DNA of 63,149 nucleotides, the filler included, from Choristocarpus tenellus KU-1152 (taxonomy: Eukaryota; Protista; Phaeophyceae), in the NCBI GenBank assembly GCA_964200185.2. It is 9 parts of 9 records of this genome, joined end to end, with 100 filler letters (N's around TTAATTAATTAA, not from the genome) between each part and the next. Parts side by side here need not be neighbours in the genome. Positions count along the whole stretch, not along the records: positions 11,957 to 16,352 come from CAXNAD020014742.1; positions 16,453 to 22,174 come from CAXNAD020009910.1; positions 22,275 to 30,954 come from CAXNAD020004452.1; 6 more parts are not named here. One strand, given 5' to 3'. Shown here in pieces: positions 12,442 through 25,900 of this stretch. The notes under the pieces were generated by a model. It was not told the DNA's origin and made no database searches. It saw only the letters and a list, made by a program, of their open reading frames with translations. Within the stretch, counting starts at the first letter, position 1. Each line of letters begins with the position of its first letter. A program made the translations under genes and the position numbers.

Positions 12442-13438
12442 TTATTTCTTACAGTGCAGTAATCAAGGCATGTATTTTTGCGGAATGGACCGGGAGAAAA
12501 ACTGCTATGAAGTGTATCAGTACTTGGGAAAACACACACACACACACACATGCATAGTAGTAGGCACGTGAGATAGCACTACATTGGGCTATTCTATTCA
12601 GCTGCCTGCTGAGGTGTATCCCCATTCTTGAAAACACAATGCGCAGGGATACTGTAGACATGAGCGGCGCAGTAAGGTATGCTGCGCTTGGAAAGTGGTG
12701 TGTCCTCTGACGGAAGGAACCGTTCCGTGAAGGATGAAATGGAACGGCTGCATGTTTGATGTTACACAATTGACACAAGATCGGTCTTGAACAGAGACCT
12801 CTTGTAAACTATTGAGGGTTGCATCAAACCCGCACCTGGTTTCACCACGTGGGAAACAAGGGAAGTCATTCTCCACAGCTCTCAAGCTACATAGCGATTT
12901 TACTACTGCACTACCAAGGCTTTGGTGCAACTTCTCTAAATGCAAGGGGTTCAGAGTTCATGTGCATGGCGATGCTGTACATGAAAGACAAAGTGAGAAA
13001 AAGCTGCGTGGAAAATAAAGTGTCCGGGGTGACGGCAAGATGGGAAACAGAGGGCACCAATTTACTCTCTGTTGTATGGCCAGTACATATCATTGCAGAG
13101 GTGCCTCCATGCATGGGTCCTTCTCACTCCAGGCATCATAGATATGAGAAGACTTCCACAAGGTAAAGAAAAGTTAGCAAGAACTCACTACACATGGGCA
13201 ATATTGTTGAGTACAATCCATCGTAATAACCAATGGGTGCGAGAGGGTGGGGGGAGTCTATTGGAACAAGCCGCAACATGCAGTAAGGTAATGACCAGCA
13301 CGCCTTCCGAGCAACCTTGGCCAACAGAGTCTATTCCCAGCAAAATTACTTGAATAGAAAAGTGCGAGATTGTGATTGCACAATGCTAATGCCATCTCTG
13401 TCAGGAAAATATAGGGGAGTGGGTGGAGTGAGCACCAC

Positions 13439-14389
13439 CTGCTGTTCTATGAGATGCCGCACGAGATCAAGAGTGCGCTCTATCTCTGGTACCTTCTCCT
13501 TCATGCTCCTCTTCACGGCCTCCAAGTTGGATTCCATTAGCTTATACTTGCTGTAAGCAGAAGGTGAGGGCCACAGAGGAAGGAGGTAACCAAGTGTACG
13601 GGTTGTGGACGCAACACAGCACCAAGAATGGCATGAGATTCAAGTTCCTGTGAATGACCGTACAGCAAAGGTATAGAACTCGTGACCACAGTGCCAACAA
13701 GACGTTGCATTCTGTGATGTACGCTTAGTGCCGCTTTTTAAAAGAGCATGTCATTGAGAAAAATGCACGAGAATGGCTGTGTGGGAATGTTTAGGTTCAT
13801 AGGATGCCTCAAGTGGCTTTTGCAATAAGGTAGGGGCACGCCTCTCCATTCACCTATAGAGGTCGTTGAAAGCACCTATCGCTGTCTCCACCACAGCACC
13901 TAAACTCTCCAGGAACTTGGTCACATCGTCCTGTGTACCCCATTGGAAGGTCGAACGAGTTGGGGTTCAATACGCCAAAGGATGGACCATTGGAGATATA
14001 GACATGAGATGAAGAGCTCTATGTGATAGGATTCAGCTGTTATGTGAGAGGGCGATCGGCAGGGCCTTAAGTGTCTGGTAGTCCCATTCTCAACGAGATA
14101 CAACAGCAGAGACCTGGGACCCCATATCGAAATATCTGATAGAATTACTAGGATGGTTCGTTCAACGAGGACGGTCAGTGATATTCGAAGAGGTGGTGAA
14201 GAGGAGGGAGGTGTTGGGGGAGGGTACAATGACTTCGAGCATGGAGGAGTGGGGCACTAAAATGTCCAGAAGACTCACAATGAACACAACTTGGGGTATA
14301 CCCCGTGGATTCTTCTTCGTGACAAGGAGTGATGTGTCCACTCGTTGATCTACAGAAGGTTTTGCCTGAGCAGCATCCACCTCTGTCAT
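13439..14389 (-). CDS. PFDN3: Prefoldin subunit 3 (VBP1), first three exons; 3' part absent
   Basis: Exons 14389-14279, 13930-13854 and 13550-13439 have GT-AG boundaries and matching phases. Joined protein: ...NPRGIPQVVFI-DDVTKFL...AIGAFNDLYS-KYKLMESNLEAVKRSMKEKVPEIERTLDLVRHL, matching the prefoldin-3 NPRGIP and YSKYK.ME motifs. Confidence 0.9.
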
Positions 14390-14671
14390 CGTATCCGTTC
14401 TAGGTATTGGTGTTGTTTTGTGAGTTTGGGTTATGATGCGATAAGTAAGATCTATTCTTGGCAGGCGGTACATCAAATTACAGTATGAATATGATCACTT
14501 TCCTTGCGAAACCTCAAGACCGTTGTGCTTGGTGCTCTTCTTGCCCCCCATGACACGGGTGGCCTTGAGGCTGGTTCTAGGTATCACTTTGAAAACCTGG
14601 TTATACTTTCCCAGAGCACGAAGAGGAGCTGGGAGAACCCAGAGCATGCTTTCTAAGGGGAAAGGACCACA

Positions 14672-15315
14672 ATGAGACACAAGCATCTACTCCAACCGGG
14701 TCTTGGACCCACGATACTCGCTCGGGATGGCAGTAAAGGGGACTTGGCCCGCGATGATAAAGAGGGAAAAGAGAGACCAATGGAGCCAGAGCTGGTATGC
14801 TCGTGTATGGATACGTCCTCCCCCTCGTCGATCGTGCTTGGCTTCAATGCTGGAGAAGTGCACGTGTACCATAGACTCAGAGGAGCAGACGACCGTCAGG
14901 TGCAAATCTAACCTTCGCCTCCTTCGACTACTCTTGCAATGACATTGCACCGACTCTAACTCCTTGTCAAGAGTGGATGCACTCACTAGAAGTACGATTT
15001 TGTAGCCCTATATACTGTGGCAATTCGATCAGTGATACCTGAACTGTTAAGACATTTTGCACGGTAGGGATTCCTAAACCGCCCTCCCCAAGCTTACTCC
15101 TAATGCTTCCCTTCGGCTAGACTCTTACGTGCTGAAGTATCTACTTGATTACTGTACAGAATTGGCATCAGGCGATGGGGACCAAGACAGTCCATCATCC
15201 TCTTCGAGGCATCATAAGTCCCATCGAATCCCCACCAAACATCACCTGTGTCAAAATGAGTTCCGCTCGCATGCTCGCGGTGGGAACGTCCAGTGGAATC
15301 GTCGCTATCCAGCAG
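14672..15315 (+). CDS. WD40 beta-propeller protein, HPS5/TECPR2-like N-terminus, first two exons
   Basis: Exons 14672-14899 and 15160-15315, phase 0, GT-AG. CSCMDTSSPSSIVLGFNAGEVHVYHR and ITCVKMSSARMLAVGTSSGIVAI resemble the first blades of HPS5/TECPR2. Start codon uncertain. Confidence 0.6.
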
Positions 15316-18102
15316 GTGCAAAGAACAAGCTCGAGATGATATACTCTGAACACAAAGGCGTGCTGAGGGGTGATGCCTGTTGCATCAATTCCACACAGTT
15401 AATCCCCATCGGTGGAATATCGGCCACGCACAAGTATCTCTGATAAACAAAGTCCTATAATTACGTACTGTAGATGAAAAAATGCATTCACCCACTAAAT
15501 ACTTGCTGCCCCAGTAGGGGTGTCATGATACTTCCTGGGACAGGAAGGAAGGCAATCTTGTGGTTTTAGTACAGCACGGTCTCGCAAACGAGAGCAAGAG
15601 AATCGATCTTAGCTCTCATCGTAGCGTTTGCGAATGAGTGGAAGGGTTGAACAAGTTGCATAACCTCATCCCTCCAGTTTCTACTCCTAGCTGTGGTGGA
15701 TGTTGACTTGTCAACTCCACAAGCCCAACGCATAAGGGTTTCCTAACCTGGTACCCGTAAGGAAGCCAACTAGCAACCGATCGGACATACTTTGCCTTCA
15801 AAGTAGCCTTCCATCATTTCCCCTCCCTGCATACACGATTTTTCGCCGACAATATAAAGGTAATCCCCCCCCCTTCTCCTCTCTGACCCTTTCAAGAAAA
15901 AACTTGCTGTACAAGCAGCTGCTCTGACCATCCAACCTCCAATATGTGACCCCTTTGTCCCTTTTCCTGTTTACATTCCACTAGTTTGCCCACGGTGGGC
16001 GCCACATAAAGCCCGGTGGATTCCACCATGAATGCCACAAAGGTAAGCGTGTAACCTGTCTACATTGGGACCCTGCAGGGGGTAGATTATTTTCTGCATG
16101 TGAAGGTGGAAATGTCGTGATGGCCAGGTTCCCGGAGCGGATGGAGTGGGGGAGTTATGCGACTGGATTAGGTCGAGGGGGTTCTTCACAGGGTATGGGA
16201 GGTGGTGGTGGACCTCAAGGCATGGCAGATATTGTGAACTTGATGGTGAGTGGTGCAATGCTTGGGTGCAGGGATGACAGAGGGGGGGGGGGGGGGGGGG
16301 GGGGGGGGGAGTGGGAAGGGTAAGGAGTTGTTCAAGCGGTTGGGGGGGGTGGNNNNNNNNNNNNNNNNNNNNNNNNNNNNNNNNNNNNNNNNNNNNTTAA
16401 TTAATTAANNNNNNNNNNNNNNNNNNNNNNNNNNNNNNNNNNNNNNNNNNNNCCCCCAGATACTTTGGGTCATATGTCAGTGTTGAAGTAGCGTCAAACA
16501 CACCAGGAATTTAGAAGCTGTGGATAACCATTGACTCAATTTTTACAATATATCCTCCATCTCACACTCTGTCATCAAAGGGAGGGATTACTCCTTGTGA
16601 GATATGTGATCTACAGCGTCATCCTTCAAAACATATCATCGTTCCTGCAGAGTCTGTGCAATGCACTCTTACAAGAGACAGAAGGTATTTAGAACAAGAT
16701 ATATGTATATACCATGGGTGGAAAAAAATGTGCCAGGCCACTAGCCCCCGATGATCAATGGGACTGGACCTCCATTCCTGCTCCCAGTCTGGTCTGGAGA
16801 AGAGGAACCTACTGAATATAAAGTGTGCAATACCCACATTGAAGCATGACAAGTTGTTAAGTCAGTGACAGTGAATTTACCAAGAGGAGGAAGAGCTACG
16901 GCAAAAACGTTGGAGTTAGTCTTCTCAAAGGATTGAAGGTTCAATGACAGCACCCAGCATAAATTCACAGTCACTGCTAAGAATGGATTTATATATTTTG
17001 CATTATTGGTAGTACTATATATTCCAACGTGCTGCAATAAAAACACATAGTGAACTGACTAACATTGGACATGGTGTGCTTGGAGAGGTTTATCATTTTA
17101 CCAAGATGGAGGGATACCGACAGCCCACCAACAAATTTCAACAATTTCGGCAACTAAACTTTTTTCAGGTAGGTATAATATTAACATAGACCACGGGCAA
17201 GCTATGCTGGATGCATGTCAACAATATATTGCTTGACGTTCTCCTCCAAAGAGCAAGGAGCTCGAAACGCGAATCTAACCCTGTGTCCTCGATCACAATA
17301 AGTCTTTATCACGGACCAGATTTCGAGCCAATTAACCTACTCTGAAACATACAAATCGGTAGATCAACTAAACTGGTGTTGTAGTAGAAATAAAGAGGAA
17401 CAATGCTTGCTTCAAATAGATAACCTATTTAGTCAAAGGATAACAAAACATATAGCACTCCATTCAACATGAAGGATCACAGCTCCTACCAACATAAACG
17501 TCCACTTTACTACATCTCTACTTTTAGATAACAAATAGTTTATTTTAAAAAGGTCACAACTGGTTTACACCTAGCTGCAAACTTTGATCATCCACAATTA
17601 ATGTGCTTCACAATGTTGGAGAGGGTATTGGGATGTGCTCCAAGTCCATATGGAATAGTCGTATCTATCAGTAGCACCAGCTTGGCTGTGCCCTGGTTGG
17701 GCTCCTGATCTCAGCAGTTCACACCGATCTGCCCTGTAATGCAAAGTAGCACTCCTACAGTACAGAGAGTGCTACGTGTACTACGATGGTATCTGGAAGA
17801 GAAAACTGGAGAAGTGCACATTCTTTCAATGTGTGCTCTTGGGAATTTCGTGCCTGAAAGGGCCTCCTTCAACATGACAATCTTATCCGAGTTATACAAC
17901 TCTGAGTTTAGAGAAAATACACGCTTCTCACGGAGGTATGCACACCAATTCAATATTGCTGTTGGATCTTTCCAGGGATGGGTAGTCGTCAAGGGCCACG
18001 GATTGTGTATGGAATATGGTAAAGCAGTTAAGATAGAACAAATAATTCGATCCCTTCCTACAATTGTCCTATATTGGTACACATTACTGTGCAATTCCCG
18101 AC

Positions 18103-20038
18103 CTAGAGTTCTAGAAGTTCCACAGAATGCAAGACCATCATGACCTCTCCATAACCCTCGGCATCATCACCTAAGCCCCTGAAAATAATTCTACAGCATA
18201 CCTTGCCCCACCCGCCCAGTTTGCCTCCAGCTACCATCCCACTGGACACCGCTCTTGCTGCAGCATGTGCGCCGCAAAGGCCACCACAAAGCTCCTCGTA
18301 GTAAATTCGCTTGACTGGGTCGCTCAACACGACCTCTAACTCTTCTTTGTCCGATCGCTCACTTCGCCAATGCTCCTGCGGCATGCATATATATATCATA
18401 GGGTGTAGGGGTAGATGGGCAGACGCATGACAAGATTGGAAGGCAGGTGGGAAAAGGAAGAGGGAGATGTGGGACGAGAGTGGTGGGGTAAAACCTTAGG
18501 CAATTAAAACGTAAATCTTTCAATAAAAAACATCCATGAGTTGCGACGATTAGGCCCTCTTCAGTCAAGGCAGACACTGTTTTGACGCTCTCATGGACAG
18601 GTTAGTTACTAATCCATTTCACCCCTCATCCACACACCCTCATACGTGTCCAGAAATTCTAAAGCTTCAAACCCACGTTTGTTCCTGCTGGGGAGAGGCA
18701 TGTCAGAATGTCGTTGGTACGCCATATGCACAGAGTTTACAGTTCAAATCACGAGCCCACATCAACGATTCTATTGATTCCAATATCCCCATCCAAGTGT
18801 TGTGTGATACCCATACTTACAGCGAGGGCTTTTAGTTCTTTTGCATCCGCAGCAAGCATATGAAGAGATGTAAGTCCATCTTGGTCCATCTCGGACACCA
18901 GCTTCTGAAGAGAGGTGAGCTCTGCCTCATTCTGACCCACTTTGCTAGACATAAACCTGTTCAGGACTTTCCATCCTTCATCGGACAGTCGGACTTGTTG
19001 ACTACTAGTTATCTGCTCATCTCCAATCTCGACCCCAGAGAATGAAGCAAAGCGCCACTGTCTGTTGTCTTCCTCAAATCCTACCGTTCCACATCCAGAA
19101 TCCCATCCCTGGGTCGGTGCTATCCCCACCAAATCGTTCCGTGATATTGGCTCGCTGAAAGTTCTCCCTGTACATGGGGGCTCACTCAGCACTTGTAAAG
19201 CACTCTTGCCTAACCATTGCAGGATCTTGTCGTCTTTGGACCGCATCATAGTCGCCCTTACCATTTCCTCTGCTCCTGCCACCCTCAACCGCATTTTGAT
19301 CGTATGGTTGTTGGCTAAATTCCGCAAAGCACCGCACGCCTGCCGCTGGACATCCCTGTCGTGTATGTGATTCCTCATGGCTTCCATCACGAGGTCACCA
19401 GCCCCAGCATCTCCCAATGGTCTCCTATTTTCAAAATCTATAGCTAGCTGCCATAGAGCACCGCACCCTTCCTCCTGGATGCCCCTGTCATAACAGTAAG
19501 TTGACATAGCATTCATAATGGCATAACCACCACCTGCCTCCGTCAGACTCTTTCTGTTATAATCGTTTTCGGCTAGGTTCCTCAAGGTGGCGCATCCCTC
19601 CTCCTGGATACTCCTGTTCATGCTGTGAGTCAACAAAGCTTCAACTACCAATGACTCAGCCCTTGCCTCGCCTAATTGCCTTGCAATGCCTGGATTGTTG
19701 GCTGTTAGGTTCCTCAACAAACCACAACCGTTCTCCTGGATGCCGATCTCATGCTTGTGAAATTCCATTGCCTCTAGTGCCACCTCCCCTGCACCTGCCT
19801 TCCCCAATTTCCACTTGGTACTCTCGTTGTCTTTCAGTAGGATCTTAAGGGTCACACAACCTAGCTCCTGGACGTCTTTATCGGAGGTATGAACCTGCAT
19901 GGCCTCGATAATGACCTCCCCAGCTCCGGCCTCCCTCAGCTTTGGCACACTTTTTTCATCCTGTGCGAGTGTCGCAATTTTGTACAATGCCTTCCCACAA
20001 GGGCCGGCTTGGAGATGATGTAACGAACCCTTCCCCAT
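18103..20038 (-). CDS. Armadillo-repeat protein with an ankyrin-like segment and a C-terminal helical domain
   Basis: ORF 18749-20038 has about 6 ARM repeats (IQEEGCxxLRNLA). A perfect GTAAGT donor after 18821 and a CAG acceptor before 18375 join in phase 0 (KALA-EHWRSERSDKEELEVV...). Exon 2 ends at a donor after 18202 or at the stop at 18103. Confidence 0.85.
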
Positions 20039-21258
20039 TGACCCTTGGTTAGCGTGGTGTTGTCCCTAGGTTGTCGCAACGATTTCCACTTTTTATGTTC
20101 AAGTATGAGCTACTGTCGTGGTGGGGGGTAGAGGTGTAGGTTGCACGAAGTTACTTGGGATCTTGTCCCGTTGTCCACACGAAATCCGTAAGATGGACAC
20201 TATCAAGACCAATTTGAAGTAGGAAGAGAAATCAACTCCATCTTCAATATCCGACTAAGAAAGAGGAAGTGAGAGGAAGGATATTACCGTTACAACCATT
20301 ACACAATTTATACTATAGGATATAGTGTACGATATTCCGATTATCTTTGTATGGGTAATATCGTATATATCCTCTCTTGCATTCAGTTGTCACAAAAATT
20401 TTAATTGATTTTGTTGAAGAGATTTACCGAACTCTAATACAATAATCAATAATGATCTCCTTAACGAAAATATAATGAAAAATATCAAAGGTATTTCTAG
20501 GGTTCGTTGGACAGAATATATTTTATTTTATTTTGGATACTATATCTAACCATGAAAACGTTTGATATGACAATGTACATATTATATGTTATTATTCCCT
20601 CGGATATTTTGCAGATGGCAAAAAAATAATGTACTCATTCCAGCCTTACCTATTATTGCTACTCATACCATAGACTTCCATTATTTTTTTAGAGAAAAAG
20701 GCTGATATGCTCCTTGTTTTGGATACTACACTCAAGTTCACGTCATGGATCAGTATAATTTTCAAATAGTCTGCGGGCTAACTTTGATCATAACTGTATT
20801 ATAACCTACACCTTCACTTCGTGTCAATCCTCCAATAAATTATATATGTTATAATGCCAAGAAAAATGCCACATCACACCTCCAAATAGTTGAAAAGGGG
20901 AAAAGGTGTGATTCGTTGTGATGGAATGGGTTGGTGTCGTTGAGATTGTTGATTGGTGACGGTAATTTTCCTTTTTGTGTATGGACTAGTTGTTGGTGTT
21001 CAAACGTTCGAACCTGTTAGATCCCAAAGTTCTTTTAGTGGAATTTCGTTCCGAATATCGTACTGTATATATCTTGTGTATAAACTATGAAATAGGGTTG
21101 GGCCTTTCTGGAGGGAGTTTAATACTCCGAAAAGTTTCACTTCCTTCCACTTCTATCCGCCATTTGACCCCGTTGCGCCTTGACGAAAAGAAATATCACC
21201 CGTCCAGGAAACACGGACAATGCCCATTTCCGGCGCTCAACAAGGAAATGTGATAGTT

Positions 21259-21511
21259 AAGGCTCTAACACTGCGAATCCTGTATGTGTGTATGGATGAC
21301 GGGAACGACTGTCAAGCGGCGCTCAAGATGGCAACAGGATATGTGATGGTCAGGCCGGAAACTGTGAGTAAATGGGAGAGAGACTTCCTTAACTAAGGGC
21401 CACATCAAGGTGTCGGAGCAAGGACGCTATGAGAGGCGTTTCGTCCTGTGTCTCAACGAGGACATCCTTGCCGAGGTCAAAGAGTGGGTGCACAAACACA
21501 CAGGAAGAAAG
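21259..21511 (+). pseudogene. Fragment of a DDE transposase N-terminal HTH region
   Basis: Reads ETVSKWERDFLN*...HIKVSEQGRYERRFVLCLNEDILAEVKEWVHKHTGRK, which resembles N-termini of eukaryotic IS630-Tc1-mariner-like transposases (recalled similarity). Disrupted by a stop/frameshift. Confidence 0.4.
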
Positions 21512-21763
21512 GTTGGGGAGGCTTTTTTCCCACCTAAGCCCTATACTTCAGTAAGGTAATAGTGCATCTGTTGTCACTCTTGGTGACCTACAATCCCGGG
21601 TTCGAACCTCAATATGAGCGGTCTTTCTTCCAAAAAAGAAAAAAAATGGCGGAAAAACCCCGCATATATGACGACCATCACTAATATGCTTTTATTTTTT
21701 AATCCGATGTTTACATCAAACATTATGACGGGACAGCCCCAGAGGGCGAAGCTACTGGTACCA
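21500..21763 (+). mobile_element. Dispersed repeat of about 265 bp with tRNA-like Pol III boxes (candidate SINE)
   Basis: Second copy at 61440-61716 on the minus strand. B-box GGTTCGAACC at 21599-21608; A-box-like TACTTCAGTAAGG at 21544. Confidence 0.55.
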
Positions 21764-21959
21764 ATATAGTTGAAACAGTACTACTGTCGAATAACCTAGT
21801 ATTATCCTTACGTTATCTGTGCTGATACAAGTACATAACATAGGTTTCATATACATTTATCTTTGGTTCGGTACAATACAAAGTAGTGACATGCATAGCG
21901 GTTTGGTGGGCAAAAGGGTCAATACGAGTGGTACGTTGTGGTGGGCCAATGGGCTATTA

Positions 21960-22141
21960 GGTTTAAGTATCTGGGGGGGGTTGCGGCTGTCCATTTGGGA
22001 CCAATTTCTTCATATCGCGATTTTTGGGTGATTTGGTTCCATACATTGGATGGATAATGTAAATGTGCATTACACTTTTCCTGATTTTGGTCAAATGGAC
22101 ACCCTGGTGTACAGACCCCTCCCCCTCAGATACTTTGGGTC
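21960..22141 (-). mobile_element. MITE family 2 copy
   Basis: AAGTATCT-polyG ... polyC-AGATACTTTGGGTC; reverse complement of the copies at 26949 and 33206. Confidence 0.85.
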
Positions 22142-22918
22142 GTTATGAGTGGTATAATGGGTCAAAGTATCTGGNNNNNNNNNNNNNNNNNNNNNNNNNN
22201 NNNNNNNNNNNNNNNNNNTTAATTAATTAANNNNNNNNNNNNNNNNNNNNNNNNNNNNNNNNNNNNNNNNNNNNGTATTTTTCCTTAACGGTGCACCAAA
22301 GCCATAGCATATCTTTTTCTGTCTCCGAAAACGGCCGACCATGCGCTCCGGCCCCCCCCCCCCCCCCCCCCCCCAGATACTTTGGGTCTCCTCCACAATT
22401 CTCAACAGTGTACATTTTGTCAGACAGATAATGCTCCACTCTTGACAGTTGGGATGCTAGTATTAATATTACCAGTATGTAGGGTGACCGTGCTGCTCTG
22501 TTAAATTCCACATATGTGGTCACTTAGCCTTGAGCCACTGATGATTCAAAAAACACAATTGCCGATTGTTGTTTCGATCAAATGCACCACACTAATGAAG
22601 ACCGGTATTAACAATGATCTGACAGGGGATGGAAGTCATGCGCAGTGCCTGGAAGAAAGGAGCGTTTCAATTTTTTTCACGTGTATTTCCTCCCTGTACC
22701 GTAACAGTACCACTTGACACTGTTCTTGAAATAACAAATGACACTGTTCGTACTTGTTTAGCACTACTGCACTCGTTTTTGTTTTCTTATACCATGTGAA
22801 CAAGAAAGAAGTGGGATGGTTGATTGAACAACCCATTGAGATTGTGAAGCAATGTTGTTCTCCTCTCCCAGTTAAGCTATCCCATATATACGTAATGTGT
22901 ATATAATACATATGGCAC

Positions 22919-25900
22919 CTGTGTGCTGCTCTGTTGCCCACTACCAGAATAGACGAGGATGGGGGCATCTCGACCATAACCCGCTAGTGCAATAAGATGC
23001 TGGTCAGGATGCCAAGCAACATCATGCAATACACAAGCCATCTGAAGCACCTGGTAAGAGTGGGTAAGAGACAATAGTGTTGAAAATCAAATTCAGGTAC
23101 ACCTGCTGCTGGTGGTGCTATGAATCCAAAGAAACCACAAGGACAAGTTGGATCAGCTTGAAAAAACTCTGTTGAATTGGATTCAATCAAAGGATGCACA
23201 TAGCAACAAAGGCTAAAAGATCCAACTGGAGGCATAAAATAATTGACTTACTCTCATTACTTGTCTCGACTGCCAGGAGCTCTCTTTGTGTAGCAAATAT
23301 CTGACACACACTATTGCCCATGTTTTGGCCATGAAAGGCTGGTGGCAGGACATACCCGTCACATTTATCCTCAAAATATCTAGACTCAAAACCTCCACAG
23401 GTGTAAGGTATATTCGTAGCCAGGGACAGAGATGCGTACTGAGTACTCCAGAGTATAAAATGAGTATTAATAGTGAGAAGTGAGACCTTGTGGTCACCAG
23501 GGGTCCATGCTGTATGGCTCTTACTGCTCAAAACATAAGACTTATAAATCTGAACAATTGAAATTCCGATAAATTGATTTGAGCCAATTAAATCATTTTG
23601 ATTCACAACACTAGATACTAGGTTTTGACTACTATACAGCGTTGAATTAATCAAACATAGGGTCCAATGTTTGGGTATAGGATCACATTGTCCTCAGAGG
23701 TCTAGACAAAGAAAGGTGACACAATGAGGTAGACTTTCCCTTTTGTGCTAGCTCCTAGGACAGACATCCAACCTTTCCTTCAAGTAGAGCACAATGACAG
23801 AATTTCAACAAGACACAACTTCACACGATGTTAAGCCAGGGTGTTGCATTAATATAGAGCCAAAGTATCTTAGAGAGTAGAGCCGTGTCCATTTGGGGTT
23901 AAAATCCAATGTTGCGATTTTGATGTAGTTTTGGCTATCGCGTTTGCTAGGATTTGTCAATATCTATGTTTCCGACACACCTTTTCACAACGTATATATT
24001 TTACCTACTCCTAAACATTCTGGACTAGAAAAATGTCATAAAAGAAGCAATGGGAAGCCAAGAACCAAATGGACAAACAGGGCAAAACTCGTACCCTCTA
24101 AGATACTTTCACTCATAGTGGCATACATACCGTTGGCATACTTCCAACTATATGCCACAAATACTAATAGTATGTCATGCAGTAGCTCTGTTGCCAACCA
24201 AGGGCTAGAGTACTTCAAGTACTGCTCATGTTTGAGTCTAGAAGTTTCATACTACTTGACAGTTTGTTTACTGTCTTTAAGAAGGGGTAGGGAGAGGGGG
24301 GAACACATTCTTTGCACAACCTCAAAGATAGCATTGCTAACAAATGAGGAGATAGAAATTGTAATACTTGCATATAACACAACAATTATTTGACAAATCA
24401 GACTCCTGCCATGTGGTCTTGGACAAAGGTGTGGCTAGGAGATCCAGTTCTGATAGCGAAGGTTGGTGACACTGAGGAGGTGACACATACGCCTTCATTT
24501 TTGAATGAGAATACGCACCCCCTGCAGATGATTTGAGGTGTTGAAATGGTTCTATGGGTGTAGTATCAATCCTTCCGGTGGATAGGGGTGGCCTGCCCAA
24601 AAAGGTGGGTGATGAGACCTCCAGGCAACCAAGGTTGTCGTGGTGAGACAAAATAAGAGGTGGCCGGGTGGATCAGTTACCTTGTTGTGCTCACAACTTA
24701 GACAATAGGATTTCTACCCCCTTTATCCATAGGGAAGAGCAGCTCCGGTGAGCTTTCATAGACCTGCCACATAAGGAAGGAGTGGGATGAACTCTAGGAG
24801 TGTCTCAATAATGGCATGGTGATGCATGCTCTTGAACGCATTCTTCCCATCAGGCTCAAGACCTGATCTCCACACTCATGCCTACGATGAATGTCCCACA
24901 ACGCTCGATCTAAAACTGTTGGGAAAACTAGAGCCAAATTGGCCAATGCTCCCCAGTTCTTGCTCCAAGGATGGACGCCAGTCAGCTCAGAACACCAAGT
25001 CGCCTACCCTCATGAAGAAAGAACCACATGCTACCAGGTGGCGCTTTTCTCCAGTGGCAGAGAGTCAAGAGATTGTACGGAGCCTCCACAACCCAGGTGA
25101 GAGAGAATCCAGGGATGTTTACATTAGTTCTCAGAGCTCAGTAAAGACCCAGGTTATACCTTCATCACTAATGTCTATGTGATAGCTGAGGGGATATGAC
25201 TAAGGTGAAGATCATCAGGGCCTGGGGCGGAGTTGCTATTTGGACACATGGAGCTTGCATAGAGCACCAGGCATCTATCCCCCCTGGAGAGCTGTACTGC
25301 AGCCTCCTGGACCCCTCCACAGCTAGTACGTTCCCTTTGTCCACTTCAATTGCGTGCCTGAGGGCAAATGGGTTTGTGTGGTGTGTGCTTGGAGACAAGC
25401 ACCTCGAAAGTGGCCTCAATTCCTGGTAAGGAGGACTGAGCCACAAGGATAACCGCACCCTTGGAGATACCCCAATGATGGCAACTAAGTGCAGCTGCCT
25501 GCTACGGCCTGGATGCCTCATCCTCTCATCTGGCTTCACGGCGTCGATTTTACCTCCTAGCTCACTCAAACAGGCACATGGTCCATTCTTGTATATCCCC
25601 ATTGGCCATCCTAGTGAAGCACTCTGCACTAGAAAACTCATCGTCAGTGGGTAGGAAAAATTCTGAGATGATTCCTGGGAGTTTGGTTGCCCTAGCACGC
25701 CCTAGGGATGTTGTTTCCCCTCAAGCAGAGGCACTGACTTCATGCAGGAGGATTTCACAGTTATACATGAAGATCCTTGCTTTGCATGAGCCGTGCTGGA
25801 CCTGTTAGTGATGATCCCGCTAGTGATGTCCTTTGCACTAGCAAAATTTAGCCGTCCTTGGTCCTCCATCAGCACATTGTCAAGGGTTGTTGCAATGCCA

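Noticed and set aside
23944-24393. Similar short ORFs at 23944, 41319, 53679 and 60599 as a gene family
   Set aside because: They are translations of non-coding MITE family 1.
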